Below are positions 52,557 to 63,626 of a stretch of 64,000 bases of DNA, piece after piece (the stretch's first letter is position 1; each line of letters opens with the position of its first letter). The position numbers were made by a program, and so were the translations under genes. Under the pieces are notes generated by a model. It was not told the origin of the DNA. It ran no database searches and saw only the letters and a list, made by a program, of their open reading frames with translations. The DNA lies in contig CAVRBU010000004.1 in the NCBI GenBank assembly GCA_963719315.1, positions 320,001 through 384,000 on the forward strand, given 5' to 3'. The DNA is from an uncultured Planctomycetota bacterium (GTDB taxonomy: Bacteria; Planctomycetota; Planctomycetia; Pirellulales; Lacipirellulaceae).

Positions 52557-53618
52557 ATGAAGAGTGACGTGAAATCGCGGGTGCGCTTGGAGACAGGGCG
52601 TACTGGAGAGGGCGCCAATGGCGTGTCGGCCTCATCCAAGCAAGGCCTCGTTGCGATTCCCTGGCAAGAACGCCCGCCCCTCTCGACGGATGTTGTTTGG
52701 CGGTACTCCGCCAACCCGATCATTGGCCGACATCACATGCCCGGCGTGCAGGGTGTGTACAACAGCGCGGTCGCTCCCTATGGCGACGGGTATGTTGGCG
52801 TTTTCCGTTTGGAAAAGCGTTCCCGATTTCCTCATCTTCACATTGGCTGGAGTGAGGACGGAATCGATTGGAACATCGAGTCAGAACCGATCGAGTTCGC
52901 CAAAGGCGATTCCGGCTCGCCGGCCGATTACGCCTATGATCCGCGTTTGTGCAAGATCGACGGCACGTACTACATCACCTGGTGCGGCGGGCACAACGGG
53001 CCCACGATCAGCGTAGCCGCGACGCGCGATTTTCGATCCTTCGAGCGACTGGAAAATGCATTTCTGCCGTTCAATCGCAATGGCGTGCTATTTCCACGGA
53101 AAATCGGCGGCAAGTTCATGATGCTGAGCCGACCGAGCGATGACGGCCATACTCCGTTTGGCGACATCTATTTGAGTCAAAGCCCAGACATGTGCCATTG
53201 GGGCATGCATCGTTTGGTGATGCGGCGAGGCGGCTGCGACGTTGGACAGTGGTGGCAGCGGACCAAGGTCGGCGCCGGTCCCATCCCAATCGAAACAGCC
53301 GACGGCTGGCTCATGATTTATCACGGCGTGATGGACACTTGCAATGGATTCGTCTACAGCATGGGGGCCGCACTATTGAATCTCGACGAGCCGTGGCGCG
53401 TGCTGTATCGCACGAATCAGCACATTTTAACGCCGGAGGCCGATTACGAAGTGTCAGGCCACGTGCCGAATGTCGTTTTCCCGTGTGCGGCGTTACACGA
53501 TGCGGCGGCCGATCGCCTGGCCATTTATTATGGTGCGGCCGACACTTCGTGCTGTCTGGCTTACGCCCACCTGGGTGAATTGGTCGCATTCGTCAAAGAG
53601 AACTCGCAGGTGTTCTAG
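52557..53618 (+). CDS. GH130 beta-mannoside/mannooligosaccharide phosphorylase
   Basis: VWRYSANPII, YAYDPRL, FLPFNRNGVLFPRKI, RPSDDGHTPFGDI and YYGAADT. Confidence 0.92.
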   Translation: MKSDVKSRVRLETGRTGEGANGVSASSKQGLVAIPWQERPPLSTDVVWRYSANPIIGRHHMPGVQGVYNSAVAPYGDGYVGVFRLEKRSRFPHLHIGWSEDGIDWNIESEPIEFAKGDSGSPADYAYDPRLCKIDGTYYITWCGGHNGPTISVAATRDFRSFERLENAFLPFNRNGVLFPRKIGGKFMMLSRPSDDGHTPFGDIYLSQSPDMCHWGMHRLVMRRGGCDVGQWWQRTKVGAGPIPIETADGWLMIYHGVMDTCNGFVYSMGAALLNLDEPWRVLYRTNQHILTPEADYEVSGHVPNVVFPCAALHDAAADRLAIYYGAADTSCCLAYAHLGELVAFVKENSQVF

Positions 53619-53665
53619 CGACGGAGAGATTCGCTTCTCATCGTGGGCCGCGGGGAGTTCAGAGC

Positions 53666-55516
53666 GTGAACTTAACGAGACTCGACCTGGCGATTATTGC
53701 GATTTACTTCGCGGTCACACTTCTTGCGGGTTTTTGGATTTCGCGGCGAGCCTCACGCAGCCTGCGCAATTATTTTCTCGGCGGCAACGCCGTGCCGTGG
53801 TACGCGCTGGGGCTTTCGAATGCCTCCGGCATGTTCGATGTGAGCGGCACCATGCTGATGGTCGCGTGGATGTTTGTCTACGGGCTCAAAAGCGTCTGGC
53901 TGCCGTGGATGTGGCCGGTTTTCAATCAGGTGTTCATGATGGTCTTCCTTTCTACCTGGCTCCGCAGGTCGGGAGTAATGACCGGCGCCGAATGGATCCG
54001 CTTTCGATTCGGCGATGGCCCTGGTGCACATTTGTCGCATCTGATTGTCGTAATGTATGCGATGCTGATAGTGATTGGCTTTTTGGCGTACGGCTTTGTC
54101 GGGATCGGAAAATTCGCGGCCACCATGCTCCCCTGGCATCTCGCCGCCGATTCTTACGTCAACGACAACTTGTACGGTCTGATTATTACGGCGATTACGA
54201 CAATTTATGTCGTCAAGGGGGGCATGCTGAGCGTCGTATTCACGGAGGTCCTTCAATTCTTCGTGATGACGGTCGCTTGCGTGTGGATCGGCATTATAGC
54301 GATCGAGCGCGTGTCGCCCGAACTGCTGGCCACGAAGGTGCCGGCCGGCTGGGACAGCATTTTTTTTGGCCGCACTCTCGATCTCAACTGGAGTGGCATA
54401 TTCGAGGCGGCCAATGCACAGATAAAGGCGGACAAGTGGGAATATTTTTCCGCGTTTTGGGTCATCTTGCTGGTCAAAGGCTGGCTGCAAAGCATGGCCG
54501 GGCCGCGGCCGGACTACGACATGCAGCGAGTGCTTTCGGCTCGCACGCCTAGCGAGGCGGCCAAAATGAGCTGTCTAGTCAACATTGTCTTGCTGATTCC
54601 CCGTTACATGCTGATTACGGGCCTCACGGTGCTCGCCCTCGCGTTTTTCACCGACCAGTTGACGCCGCGCGACGGTGCGGTGGACTTTGAAAAAATCCTG
54701 CCGCTGGTGATGCGCGAGTTCGTGCGGCCGGGTTTGCTCGGGCTAATGATCGCGGCACTATTGGCGGCGTTCATGTCCACGTATGCCGCGACCGTAAACG
54801 CCGCGCCCGCGTACATCGTAAACGATATTTACAAGCGCTATCTCAACCCGAACGCACCCGAGAAAACATATATTCGCATGAGCTATGCGACGTCGATCAT
54901 CGTGGTGTTGATCGGTACGGCGTTCGGGTTCGCTTCGACGTCGCTCAACAGTATCGTGGAATGGATCGTGACCGCCCTCTACGGCGGTTATACCGCGTCC
55001 AACGTATTAAAATGGTACTGGTGGCGATTCAACAGTTATGGTTACTTCGGCGGTATGGTGACCGGCCTCGTGGCGATGGCGATCGTACCTCATTTCTTCC
55101 CGAAACTGGCGGTGATTTACAATTTCCCACTGATATTAGCCATTTCGCTGGTCGGTTGCGTCGCGGTCAGCCTGCTGACGCCGCCCGACGACGTTGACGT
55201 ACTCAAACAATTCTATCTCCAAGTGCGACCTTGGGGCTTCTGGCGGCCGATTCATGACTTGCTTGTCGCCGAAAATCCTCGGGTTGAGGCAAACAAGGCG
55301 TTCGGCCGCGATATGATCAATGTAGTGATCGGGATTGTCTGGCAAACGGCGCTCACGACGACCGGCATCTATCTTGTAACTCAAGATCACTACCGCTTGA
55401 TGTGGTCGCTCGTCCTGGTGGCGATCACTTCGGCATGGTTGAAATTCAACTGGTATAACAAGCTGGAAGAATACCCCAGCGGCTTTACGCCGGTTGGAGC
55501 ACAGGCGGAAGTCTAA
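53666..55516 (+). CDS. Sodium:solute symporter (sugar)
   Basis: NYFLGG, SNASGMFD, MQRVLSA, LAAFMST and many TM helices. Confidence 0.92.
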   Translation: MNLTRLDLAIIAIYFAVTLLAGFWISRRASRSLRNYFLGGNAVPWYALGLSNASGMFDVSGTMLMVAWMFVYGLKSVWLPWMWPVFNQVFMMVFLSTWLRRSGVMTGAEWIRFRFGDGPGAHLSHLIVVMYAMLIVIGFLAYGFVGIGKFAATMLPWHLAADSYVNDNLYGLIITAITTIYVVKGGMLSVVFTEVLQFFVMTVACVWIGIIAIERVSPELLATKVPAGWDSIFFGRTLDLNWSGIFEAANAQIKADKWEYFSAFWVILLVKGWLQSMAGPRPDYDMQRVLSARTPSEAAKMSCLVNIVLLIPRYMLITGLTVLALAFFTDQLTPRDGAVDFEKILPLVMREFVRPGLLGLMIAALLAAFMSTYAATVNAAPAYIVNDIYKRYLNPNAPEKTYIRMSYATSIIVVLIGTAFGFASTSLNSIVEWIVTALYGGYTASNVLKWYWWRFNSYGYFGGMVTGLVAMAIVPHFFPKLAVIYNFPLILAISLVGCVAVSLLTPPDDVDVLKQFYLQVRPWGFWRPIHDLLVAENPRVEANKAFGRDMINVVIGIVWQTALTTTGIYLVTQDHYRLMWSLVLVAITSAWLKFNWYNKLEEYPSGFTPVGAQAEV

Positions 55517-55527
55517 TCGAGAAATCC

Positions 55528-58500
55528 ATGTCCAGGCATTGTTTTGCCGTTGTTTTCCTGTTGTTCGGCGGCGTCTGGTGTGCAGCGCAGCCCCAAGCTG
55601 GCGCAAGCCAACTTTATTACTCGCCGGGGCGACAAACTTTTCGACGGGAAGCGCGAGTTTCGCTTCATCTCGTTCAACATTCCGAACTTGATGGTCATCG
55701 AAGACGCGTACGAATTCACCAAGCCCAATCCGTGGCGCTGGCCGGATGAATTTGAGATCGAAGACGCTCTCGAATCGGTCCGTCAGATGGGCGGCCAGGT
55801 CGTGCGAACGTATGTCCTAAGCGTGTACCGGGAAGGCTCCGACATGGGCGAGTGCGTGCATGTGCGAAGGCCGGGCGAATTCAATGAGGAAGGGTTTCGC
55901 GCGCTCGACAAAGTGATTGATGTCGCCCGGCGAAAAGGAATTCGCGTCATTATTCCGTTTGTCGATCAAGCCAAGTGGTGGGGCGGTATCGGCGAATACG
56001 CGGCGTTCCGCGGTAAGCCGGCCGACGCTTTTTGGAGCGATCCACAGGTCATCGACGATTTCAAGGCGACGGTACGTTACTTGCTGACCCGCAAAAATAC
56101 GTACACCGGCGTCGAGTACCGCGATGAGCCGGCCATTTTCGGTTGGGAGACCGGTAATGAAATTGACGCGACGCCGTCATGGACGCGGGAAATCGCGGCT
56201 TACATTAAGCAACTCGATCCGAAGCATCTCGTCATCGACGGCAAATCGCTGAAAGGCGTTCCGCAAACTTCGCTGGACGATCCGAACATCGACGTGATTA
56301 CAACGCACCACTATCCGTGGGGCGACGACCATGATTTCGTCAAGCCTATTCGGGCGGCCCACGCTCTCACGAAAGGCAAGAAGGCGTATTTCGTGGGCGA
56401 ATTCGGGTTCGTCGAAACGCCGCATATCGCCAGCGCAATTCAAACGGTGATCGACGACGGGATTTCAGGCGCACTGCTGTGGAGCCTGCGAATGCATCGT
56501 CGCGAAAGCGGCTTCTATTGGCACATGGAAGTCGGCACGGGTCGGAATATTTATAAGGCGTTTCATTGGCCAGGATTTGCCTCCGGCGACCGCTACGATG
56601 AGCGGACCCTTATGCCCCTCATGCGCGATAAGGCGTATGAGATTCGTGGGCTACAACCACCGCCCCTTGAGCGACCGGCGCCGCCAAGGCTATTGGCGAT
56701 CGAATCCGCGAGCGCAATATCGTGGCAAGGGTCGGCCGGCGCGGCCGGTTACGATGTATGGCGTGCCGCGACTGCGAAAGGGCCTTGGATCAAGATCGCG
56801 GAAAACGTATCCGATGCCGGCGTGCAGTATCGGCCGCTATTTCACGATGTCGGCGTGGCGCCTGGCCAGCACTATTGGTACCGCGTCGTTGCCCGCAACT
56901 CGGCGGGCGAATCGGAGCCTTCCAACATTAGGGGCCCGGTTTCCGTCGATTGTAGAGCCTTCGTGGATGAGTGCCGCGATCTTGCGCTAACGGCATCGAC
57001 GGAAGGCAACGTTACGCCAGTGAGCGAGAATGCGCGAACCGTGCAGGAAGATTGCCATCGGCTGGCTCTCCGGCCCGGATCGGCCGTCACCTATCACGTC
57101 GAAAAGCCGATCAGTCGTTGGCGCATTTATGCCTTTGCGTCCGACGAGTCGACTCTGGCGATTGAAACATCCGCGGATGGTAGGAGTTTCCAATCCGCCA
57201 AGGTCGAGCGCAAGGCATTTCCCTCGAGCCAAACGATCTATGGCTATTCAACGCCTATCCTGTTCAGCGGAAATGGCGACGGCGGAAACTTCACGTATTT
57301 GCGAATTGCACTCCGCGAGGCGCCTGCTGAAGAGAAACACAAGAACGACAGGCGGCCGACGAACGAACGCAAGCCGGCGACCGTCGAGATCTCGCGCGTT
57401 GAAATCGAGTTCGATCGCGAGGCAAATCCTGCGCCTGCGCCTGATCCTGAAGTGAAAAGAGCCGCTCAGCTCAATTCATCGATTTTTATCGACGGTCGGC
57501 CGCTGAACGACACGCTGGCCACCATCGATGCGGCCGCCGCGCGCGGCGAGCGGCGCCTCAATGTCGTGGTGACGATCCTCGTGGATTTGACGGAGGATCT
57601 GCGAATCAAAAGTTTTGGCAGCTTTTCCGGTTCGCGGCTCGCCTATAAACCCTTCGACGACGCGATGCGCGATGAACTGAAGGGCAAGCTCCAACAGGTT
57701 TTCGCGCACATGGTGAAGCATGGCATGGATATTTCCATTCTCCCGCACATCGATGCGGGTGGTCATGTGCGCCAGTGGCGCAATTGGGTCGATTTTGACC
57801 CGCTCGAATCATACAGCGGCTACACCTACGACGACTTGATGATCGGCACGATCGTTAACGCGCTCGCCAAGACTGCCAATGACGGATCCGATATCGAGTT
57901 GGCCCTTTCGGGCGAGATGGGTACCAGCCTGTTTCTATATCCGGAGTCTTATCGAACCATAGTTCGTCGACTGCGCGAGCGACCGGAGCTAAAGAGACTG
58001 AAAATCGGCATCAGCCTGAACCACGGCGGCATTGCGGGTCGGGGCAATCCCACGGGAGCCAAAGAAGTTCGCTTATCGGACGCTATGCGGCAGCAAATGC
58101 AATTGCTGATTGAGGAATGTGATTTCATCGGCATGTCGTTCTACGCTCCGGTCAGCGTCGCGCCGACGCCTGATGACTTCGTCCGCGGCATTGAACGGTT
58201 CATGAGTGAATTCCAACAGTACGGATTGTCGGTGCCGACCACCAAGCCGATGCAATTCTCGGAAGTCGGTATCGGTGGCCGACGGGCGAGGGGCGTTGCC
58301 GTCGATCCAGCCAAAGCGGTCGAGACGCCGTGGGAAGGAACGGCGAATCCGCGTGAAAATCCCTGGGGACAACCGTCAATGCAACAGCTTCGCCGCCAAT
58401 ATCACGGCGCACTCCTTCGTTTCCTAGCCGAGCAGCCTGCCAGGTGGCGGGTTTCAGGCGCATTCTTGTGGAGTATGGGTTCGTGGGATCCGCTGGGACA

Positions 58501-58621
58501 CGGCCAGCCAGAATTCGCCGATCCTGAGATTATGGCTGCGATTGAAATGCAGAACAGGGCTAAAGCGGTGAACCCCCCCCTCCTCCCCCCCCCCCGAAAG
58601 ACGGGAGCTACCTCTCCTTGA
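55528..58621 (+). CDS. Multidomain glycoside hydrolase: GH5 beta-mannanase-like, FN3 and a second GH-A-like barrel (signal peptide frameshifted near 55615)
   Basis: WETGNE (acid/base), TTHHY, FVGEFG (nucleophile), FN3 WYRVVARNSAGES, C-terminal LSGEM...DFIGMSFY...FSEVG. Confidence 0.85.
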
Positions 58622-58888
58622 GCGTGCGGGAATCGCTGTACCTGTCAATACGGTACGGGAACATTCTGCAGAATTTTTCTTGCGAGCTGTTACAGAATGA
58701 TGGACAATGTAATTTGGCTCAGTTAGATTATGTTCAAGTAGTTGAGCAGTGGAGGCTGGTCCACTGGTTCCCAATTCTTTTTCGTACAAATTCGAGTCGG
58801 TTGGAAGTGGAATTCTTTTTTAGCGTGCGCGGCCAACGCCCTTCGTGCGTTCCGTGCCTCAATCGAGAACGAGCGCGAATACGCTTCG

Positions 58889-58904
58889 TTGTAAACGTTA
58901 GCAA
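58889..58904. promoter_or_regulatory. Candidate LacI-type operator
   Basis: TTGTAAACGTTAGCAA, an imperfect palindrome with central CG, upstream of the PEP-CTERM gene. Confidence 0.45.
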
Positions 58905-58946
58905 TCGATCACGGCCTTGTAATTTCACAATGGTGGAGGAGCTCTA

Positions 58947-60143
58947 ATGAAGTCGCGTCATTGGTTGGTTATTTCTCTTGCGCTGGCATGCCTTGTGGTT
59001 TGTACGCAGGCGCAAGCGCAGTCACCGAGCGTGTTGTACACATTTGATAACACCGGCAACGCGGTGCCAAACATTGAGGCCTGGATTCGCAGTTTTGGGG
59101 CCGGTAGCACTTCTGCCACACTGGACAATAACATTGTTGGCTCCCTGACCCTTACGGAAACCAGCACTGCATTGGGCGGGAGTCAAGCATTTAGCGATGG
59201 CTTTAATCGAGTGCGTGAATCTTCAACAGGCGCCAGCGGCGGCCTCGATTTGACCGGTTTGGATTTCCTCGAATGGGACCTTGGGCATAACGGCGTCGGC
59301 AACGTCAACGTGCAGTTTTACGTACAGGCTACAACCGCGAGTACATACGTCGCGCTCGGGCCGGATCTTGCAGTTGCACCAGGCATCAGTACGTACCAAG
59401 TGCCCCTTACCGGATTGACGCCAAGTCAGTTGGTTTATGTTCGCACACTGGGCATCAACATTCGCGACCATGCGGCCGAAGGAAACTTGATTTGGAACAT
59501 CAACGAAGTGAGGTCTGGCGGCACGCCGCTGACTGTGCGTGACTTGGGCACCTTTGATAATGGGACGGCGGAAGGTGGCTTGCAAGGCATGATCGCCAAC
59601 TTCGACGTGGGTTCGATTGTCGGCAACGATGGCGGGCAAAACCAGACTGGTTTGTCGCACAATGCGGCCGGCAGCGGTTCACTGCAGTGGACCGATGCGG
59701 CCGGCGGCGCCGGCGGCGCCGTTAGCATGGGCAACGGAACTGCCTGGAACGGCAATACGTTCAACAACCGGACGACGGATCTGTCGAACTATCAAACGAT
59801 GCACGTGCGAATCAGCGCCACGGAAACCACGACCAGCAATGGTGGCTCAGTCAACGTGCAGCCTTTCATGCAGGTGAACAATTTTGGTTCATTCCTGTCG
59901 CTTGCAACGCAGGCGCTGCCGATTGACGGACAATTCCATGACCTCTATTTTTCGATGCCGATCAATGCGTTTTTGAACGTGGTTGATCAAACGGGTTTGA
60001 ACTTGGGTAGCCACACCGACGAACTCACGATCAATGTGGACTTGATTCAGTTGGTCGTGCCGGAACCAGCGTCGATGACTCTGATTGGGGTCGCCTTAAT
60101 TGGTTGCTGGGGCCTGGTCGGCCGGTCCCGACGTGGTCAATGA
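58947..60143 (+). CDS. PEP-CTERM protein with two CBM-like beta-sandwich repeats
   Basis: Signal peptide, VPEPAS plus TM and RSRR. Confidence 0.85.
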   Translation: MKSRHWLVISLALACLVVCTQAQAQSPSVLYTFDNTGNAVPNIEAWIRSFGAGSTSATLDNNIVGSLTLTETSTALGGSQAFSDGFNRVRESSTGASGGLDLTGLDFLEWDLGHNGVGNVNVQFYVQATTASTYVALGPDLAVAPGISTYQVPLTGLTPSQLVYVRTLGINIRDHAAEGNLIWNINEVRSGGTPLTVRDLGTFDNGTAEGGLQGMIANFDVGSIVGNDGGQNQTGLSHNAAGSGSLQWTDAAGGAGGAVSMGNGTAWNGNTFNNRTTDLSNYQTMHVRISATETTTSNGGSVNVQPFMQVNNFGSFLSLATQALPIDGQFHDLYFSMPINAFLNVVDQTGLNLGSHTDELTINVDLIQLVVPEPASMTLIGVALIGCWGLVGRSRRGQ

Positions 60144-60335
60144 TTAGAAGTTTGAATTCCCAGCGGAGATTCTTGGAACGCCGTGCTATATAAATCACGG
60201 CTGGGTCTTGGTGCCCCCACGGTCCGTCGGACGCGCGCCGAGACGACTGAGAGTATTACTGAATCGAGGAAGGGTGCCGACGAAAAGTCGGTTGCTCGGT
60301 TGGAAGGAATTTGGCTGGAATTGAGGAGAGCGATC

Positions 60336-61784
60336 ATGTGGCGGTTGCATTTCACGTTGGCAACGGCGGGTTGCTTAGTAAGCTGCGGCATTGCTGCGGC
60401 CCAGTCGCCTGGAGTCCTTTATACCTGGCCAGGGACGGGGGATACGGCGGCGTGGGCTACGAGCGGCACCAATCTGTCGACGCTTGCTAATTCGACTGCA
60501 GGGCAATTGACGGTTACGGAAATGGGAGACGAACTCGACCCAATGATCGTGGGCGGTCCGCTTGTGATTCGTGACGGATTCAATCGACGGCTGGAAAGCT
60601 CCATAGCGCAAGGCGGCCTGGATGTAACCGGCTTGAGTGCGATCGAGATCGATCTTCAGCATAGCGGCGCGGGAACGGTGGACGTGCAATTCTTTCTACA
60701 GGCCACGCCCGCCTTCAATTATCTGTGGGCGGGTAGCAATGGCGCGCTCAGCGGTCCTGATTGGGCGATCGGACCAGGCGTACAAACGCTGACTTTTCCG
60801 CTCGGTCTACTCTCATCCGCGCAGCAGGCGTACATCCGTACGGTCGGTTTGAGCGTTCGCAATCACGCCGCTTTAGGAAACTTGACGTGGGATATACTCG
60901 ACGTGCGTACGATCGGACCTTCTGCGTCCTCGCGCATTCTGGCGTCGCACGATGCCGGCTCACCCGAAAACGGCCTGAACGGGGCCATCGCCAATTTCGA
61001 TCAGGCTGCGATTGTAGGCAATGACGGTGGCCAAAACCAATCGGGTTTGTCGCAAGTTACTAATGGTAGCGTCGGTTCGCTTCAGTGGACCGACAAAGGC
61101 AACGCTGGCAACACTGCCAACCCAAGCGGCGCCGCCCTAAGCTGGGGCAATGGACAACCGTGGGATGGCAATACGTTTAACGACCGATTGAGCGATTTTT
61201 CGAATTACGGCACGGTCACGTTCCGCGTCTCTGCCACGGATGCGCTCAATGCGGGCGGCTTGCTCGGTGTCCAAGCCTGGTTTCAAACCGGCGAATACAA
61301 CACGGCAGAAGCCTTGTTTCAGACGACATCCGGAAATGGCGTCGGAGCGAGTGGCGAAATAAATCTTCCGATCGACGGGCAATATCACGATCTCGTGTTC
61401 CCCTTGAGCGCGGTAACGAACCGACTGAACGTTCAGCAATTCGGGTTGAACCTGTTTGCTCACACAAATGACCTCGTGATTAACGTCGACTTTATTCAGT
61501 TTGACGAAGTGGTTGGGGTGCCGGGCGATTACAACGGCAATGGCGTAGTGGACGCGGCCGACTACGTGCTTTGGCGCAATGGCGGCCCGCTGCAAAACGA
61601 AGTGGATACACCGGGTACAGTCAATGCGGCCGACTACACGGAATGGTGCGCCCGGTTCGGCAACACGAGCGGCAGCGGCAGTCTAGTCGGTAGTGCAGTA
61701 CCGGAACCGGCCTGGGCAGTGCTGATGTTGGCAGCGGCTATTGGATATTTTACTTCGAGATGCAAAAGAATTGAAAACCTGTAA
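60336..61784 (+). CDS. PEP-CTERM protein, paralog of the previous gene, with a dockerin/EF-hand-like GDYNGNG module
   Basis: Shares DGFNR, GGLD, IVGNDGGQNQ.GLS and LPIDGQ.HDL with 58947-60143; ends in AVPEP. Confidence 0.85.
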   Translation: MWRLHFTLATAGCLVSCGIAAAQSPGVLYTWPGTGDTAAWATSGTNLSTLANSTAGQLTVTEMGDELDPMIVGGPLVIRDGFNRRLESSIAQGGLDVTGLSAIEIDLQHSGAGTVDVQFFLQATPAFNYLWAGSNGALSGPDWAIGPGVQTLTFPLGLLSSAQQAYIRTVGLSVRNHAALGNLTWDILDVRTIGPSASSRILASHDAGSPENGLNGAIANFDQAAIVGNDGGQNQSGLSQVTNGSVGSLQWTDKGNAGNTANPSGAALSWGNGQPWDGNTFNDRLSDFSNYGTVTFRVSATDALNAGGLLGVQAWFQTGEYNTAEALFQTTSGNGVGASGEINLPIDGQYHDLVFPLSAVTNRLNVQQFGLNLFAHTNDLVINVDFIQFDEVVGVPGDYNGNGVVDAADYVLWRNGGPLQNEVDTPGTVNAADYTEWCARFGNTSGSGSLVGSAVPEPAWAVLMLAAAIGYFTSRCKRIENL

Positions 61785-62022
61785 GCGGCGTTTTCGTTCA
61801 GCACAAGCGAGATTGAGTAGAGATCGCCAAACTGAAAGTGCTGAATCATCGCCGGGGGTTTGTCGGCTTTTCCCGACCGGCATATAATGCACGGTGTGGC
61901 GGCCAGGCGCGAGTTCTTTTGGAGAATACCGGCTAGCAAAAAGCAACCAGGATTCTTATCATTTGCTAAAGTGCTTTAACAAGAGAAAATCGGTACTGGT
62001 AGAGCAGGCGGAGGAACGTGAA

Positions 62023-63123
62023 ATGTTGACCTCGTCTCGTCGGCGTTCGAGCAGCGGTTTCACGTTGGTCGAATTACTCGTTGTCATTGCCATCATCGGC
62101 ATCCTGGTGGCGTTGTTGCTACCGGCGGTCCAGGCGGTGCGCGAGTCGGCACGTCGAGCGCAATGCACGAACAATCTGAAGAATATAGCGCTGGCCGTGC
62201 ATAACTATCACGATGCGCACAAAGAACTTCCAGCCGCCGCCTGGCTGCGGCCCCAAACGACCCCCAGCGACAGTATCCTGACGGATAACCGTCTCTTCTG
62301 GAATTGGGCGATTCGAATTCTGCCTTATCTGGAAGAGCAGAGTTTGTTGGACCAGTTCACGATTAACAATACGACGCCGATCAGCAAGGATACAGGCACG
62401 AATAATAAAGCGGCGCGCGGAACTGAAGTTTCGGTAATGCTTTGTCCCAGTGATATCGGGCGCGGTAATCCCTTCCAGGGCACAAACGGTAATTGGGCAA
62501 GAGGTAATTACGGTTACAACGCGATTGAATTCTGGCCAAATGAGTGGTGGAAGCTATTCTCGAGCGATGCCAAGTACGCACCCTATTTCAAGTACAATCT
62601 CGGCATGGGTGGCATCGAAGACGGGGTCGAGAGACAAGTCCTGAGCTTGGCAAAAATCACTGATGGTACGACGAAGACCGTTATGTTGGCTGAGCTGCGG
62701 GTGGGATTGAGTGAACGGGATCGGCGCGGGGTGTGGGCGATGGGAATGTGCGCCTCGAACTTGCATTGCCGCCATGCCGCCAGCAGCATCAATGGTTGTT
62801 TCGAGGATGATGACGTTTTGGGGAGTGCCGATATTATTGCCGATGTTGGAATGTCAAATTTGCGGGCTGAATGTATGCTGCCCGCCGTAGGCTTGGAGTT
62901 AAGCGGCCAATCGATAGTACGCAGCCGACATCCGGGCGGCGCTAATTGTGCCATGGCAGATGCCAGTGTCCGTTTCATGAGCGACTTTATCGATCAGGGA
63001 AACCTACGCATCGGTGGCTATATCGGTGATGGAGGACCGAGCGACATCGACCCGCAGAACTTTCGCATCTGGCAGCGATTGTTGGTTTCGCGCGACGATC
63101 TTCCAGTGGATGACAATTTCTAG
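62023..63123 (+). CDS. DUF1559 prepilin-type protein
   Basis: GFTLVELLVVIAIIGILVALLLPAVQAVRESARRAQC, DGTTKT and HPGGANCAMADASV. Confidence 0.95.
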   Translation: MLTSSRRRSSSGFTLVELLVVIAIIGILVALLLPAVQAVRESARRAQCTNNLKNIALAVHNYHDAHKELPAAAWLRPQTTPSDSILTDNRLFWNWAIRILPYLEEQSLLDQFTINNTTPISKDTGTNNKAARGTEVSVMLCPSDIGRGNPFQGTNGNWARGNYGYNAIEFWPNEWWKLFSSDAKYAPYFKYNLGMGGIEDGVERQVLSLAKITDGTTKTVMLAELRVGLSERDRRGVWAMGMCASNLHCRHAASSINGCFEDDDVLGSADIIADVGMSNLRAECMLPAVGLELSGQSIVRSRHPGGANCAMADASVRFMSDFIDQGNLRIGGYIGDGGPSDIDPQNFRIWQRLLVSRDDLPVDDNF

Positions 63124-63146
63124 ATCAAACTTTGTCTGGTCCGCAA

Positions 63147-63623
63147 ATGATTTGCCTCCGTCGCGTTACAAGTGGTCGCCGACCAGCTTGGATAACACCA
63201 AGCGTGTGTGGTCTGTTGTCGCTGTTGGCATGCGGATTTGTTGCCGGATGCGGTTCGAACAGTCCCTATGCCTATCAGAAAGTTAGCGGAAAAATCACGT
63301 ATGAGGATGGTTCACCCATCTCCGGCAGTGGCTTGATACTACGCTTTGCCGCCCAAGACGCGCCTAAGTTAGAGAGTGCCGTTCCCCGGCCCGCATTTGC
63401 AAGAACCAACGCGCAGGGAGAGTTCGAGTGTGTCACAAGTTATAAGTTTGGCGACGGATTGATCCCAGGCAAGCATAAGGTAGCGATCGAACCGCAAGGC
63501 TCTCTGGACGCCGCCCCGGCTGTGCCCAAGGAATATCGCTCCATTTCTACAACGACGCTTGTGATCGACACTGCCGACTCGCCGCTGGAGATCAAGGTGC
63601 CGAAGCCTAAGGCTAAGCGGTGA
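63147..63623 (+). CDS. Lipoprotein companion of DUF1559
   Basis: Lipobox VAGC, VSGKITY.DGSPI, GDGLIPGKHKVAI and VPKEY. Confidence 0.85.
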   Translation: MICLRRVTSGRRPAWITPSVCGLLSLLACGFVAGCGSNSPYAYQKVSGKITYEDGSPISGSGLILRFAAQDAPKLESAVPRPAFARTNAQGEFECVTSYKFGDGLIPGKHKVAIEPQGSLDAAPAVPKEYRSISTTTLVIDTADSPLEIKVPKPKAKR

Positions 63624-63626
63624 ACG

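Noticed and set aside
750..55620. Many frameshifts (kinase, DUF3037, HNH, rep, integrase, BON, cyclase-like, 33725, 37065, 50235, GH5) read as pseudogenes or programmed recoding
   Set aside because: They are single-base indels, often at short homopolymers, and affect core and mobile genes alike while both halves stay intact. Sequencing error is most likely. Only the IS630 A7 site, present in both copies, is accepted as programmed.
58570..58600. Poly-C tracts at the GH5 3' end as a phase-variation switch
   Set aside because: They affect only the last few codons, and homopolymer lengths are unreliable in this assembly.
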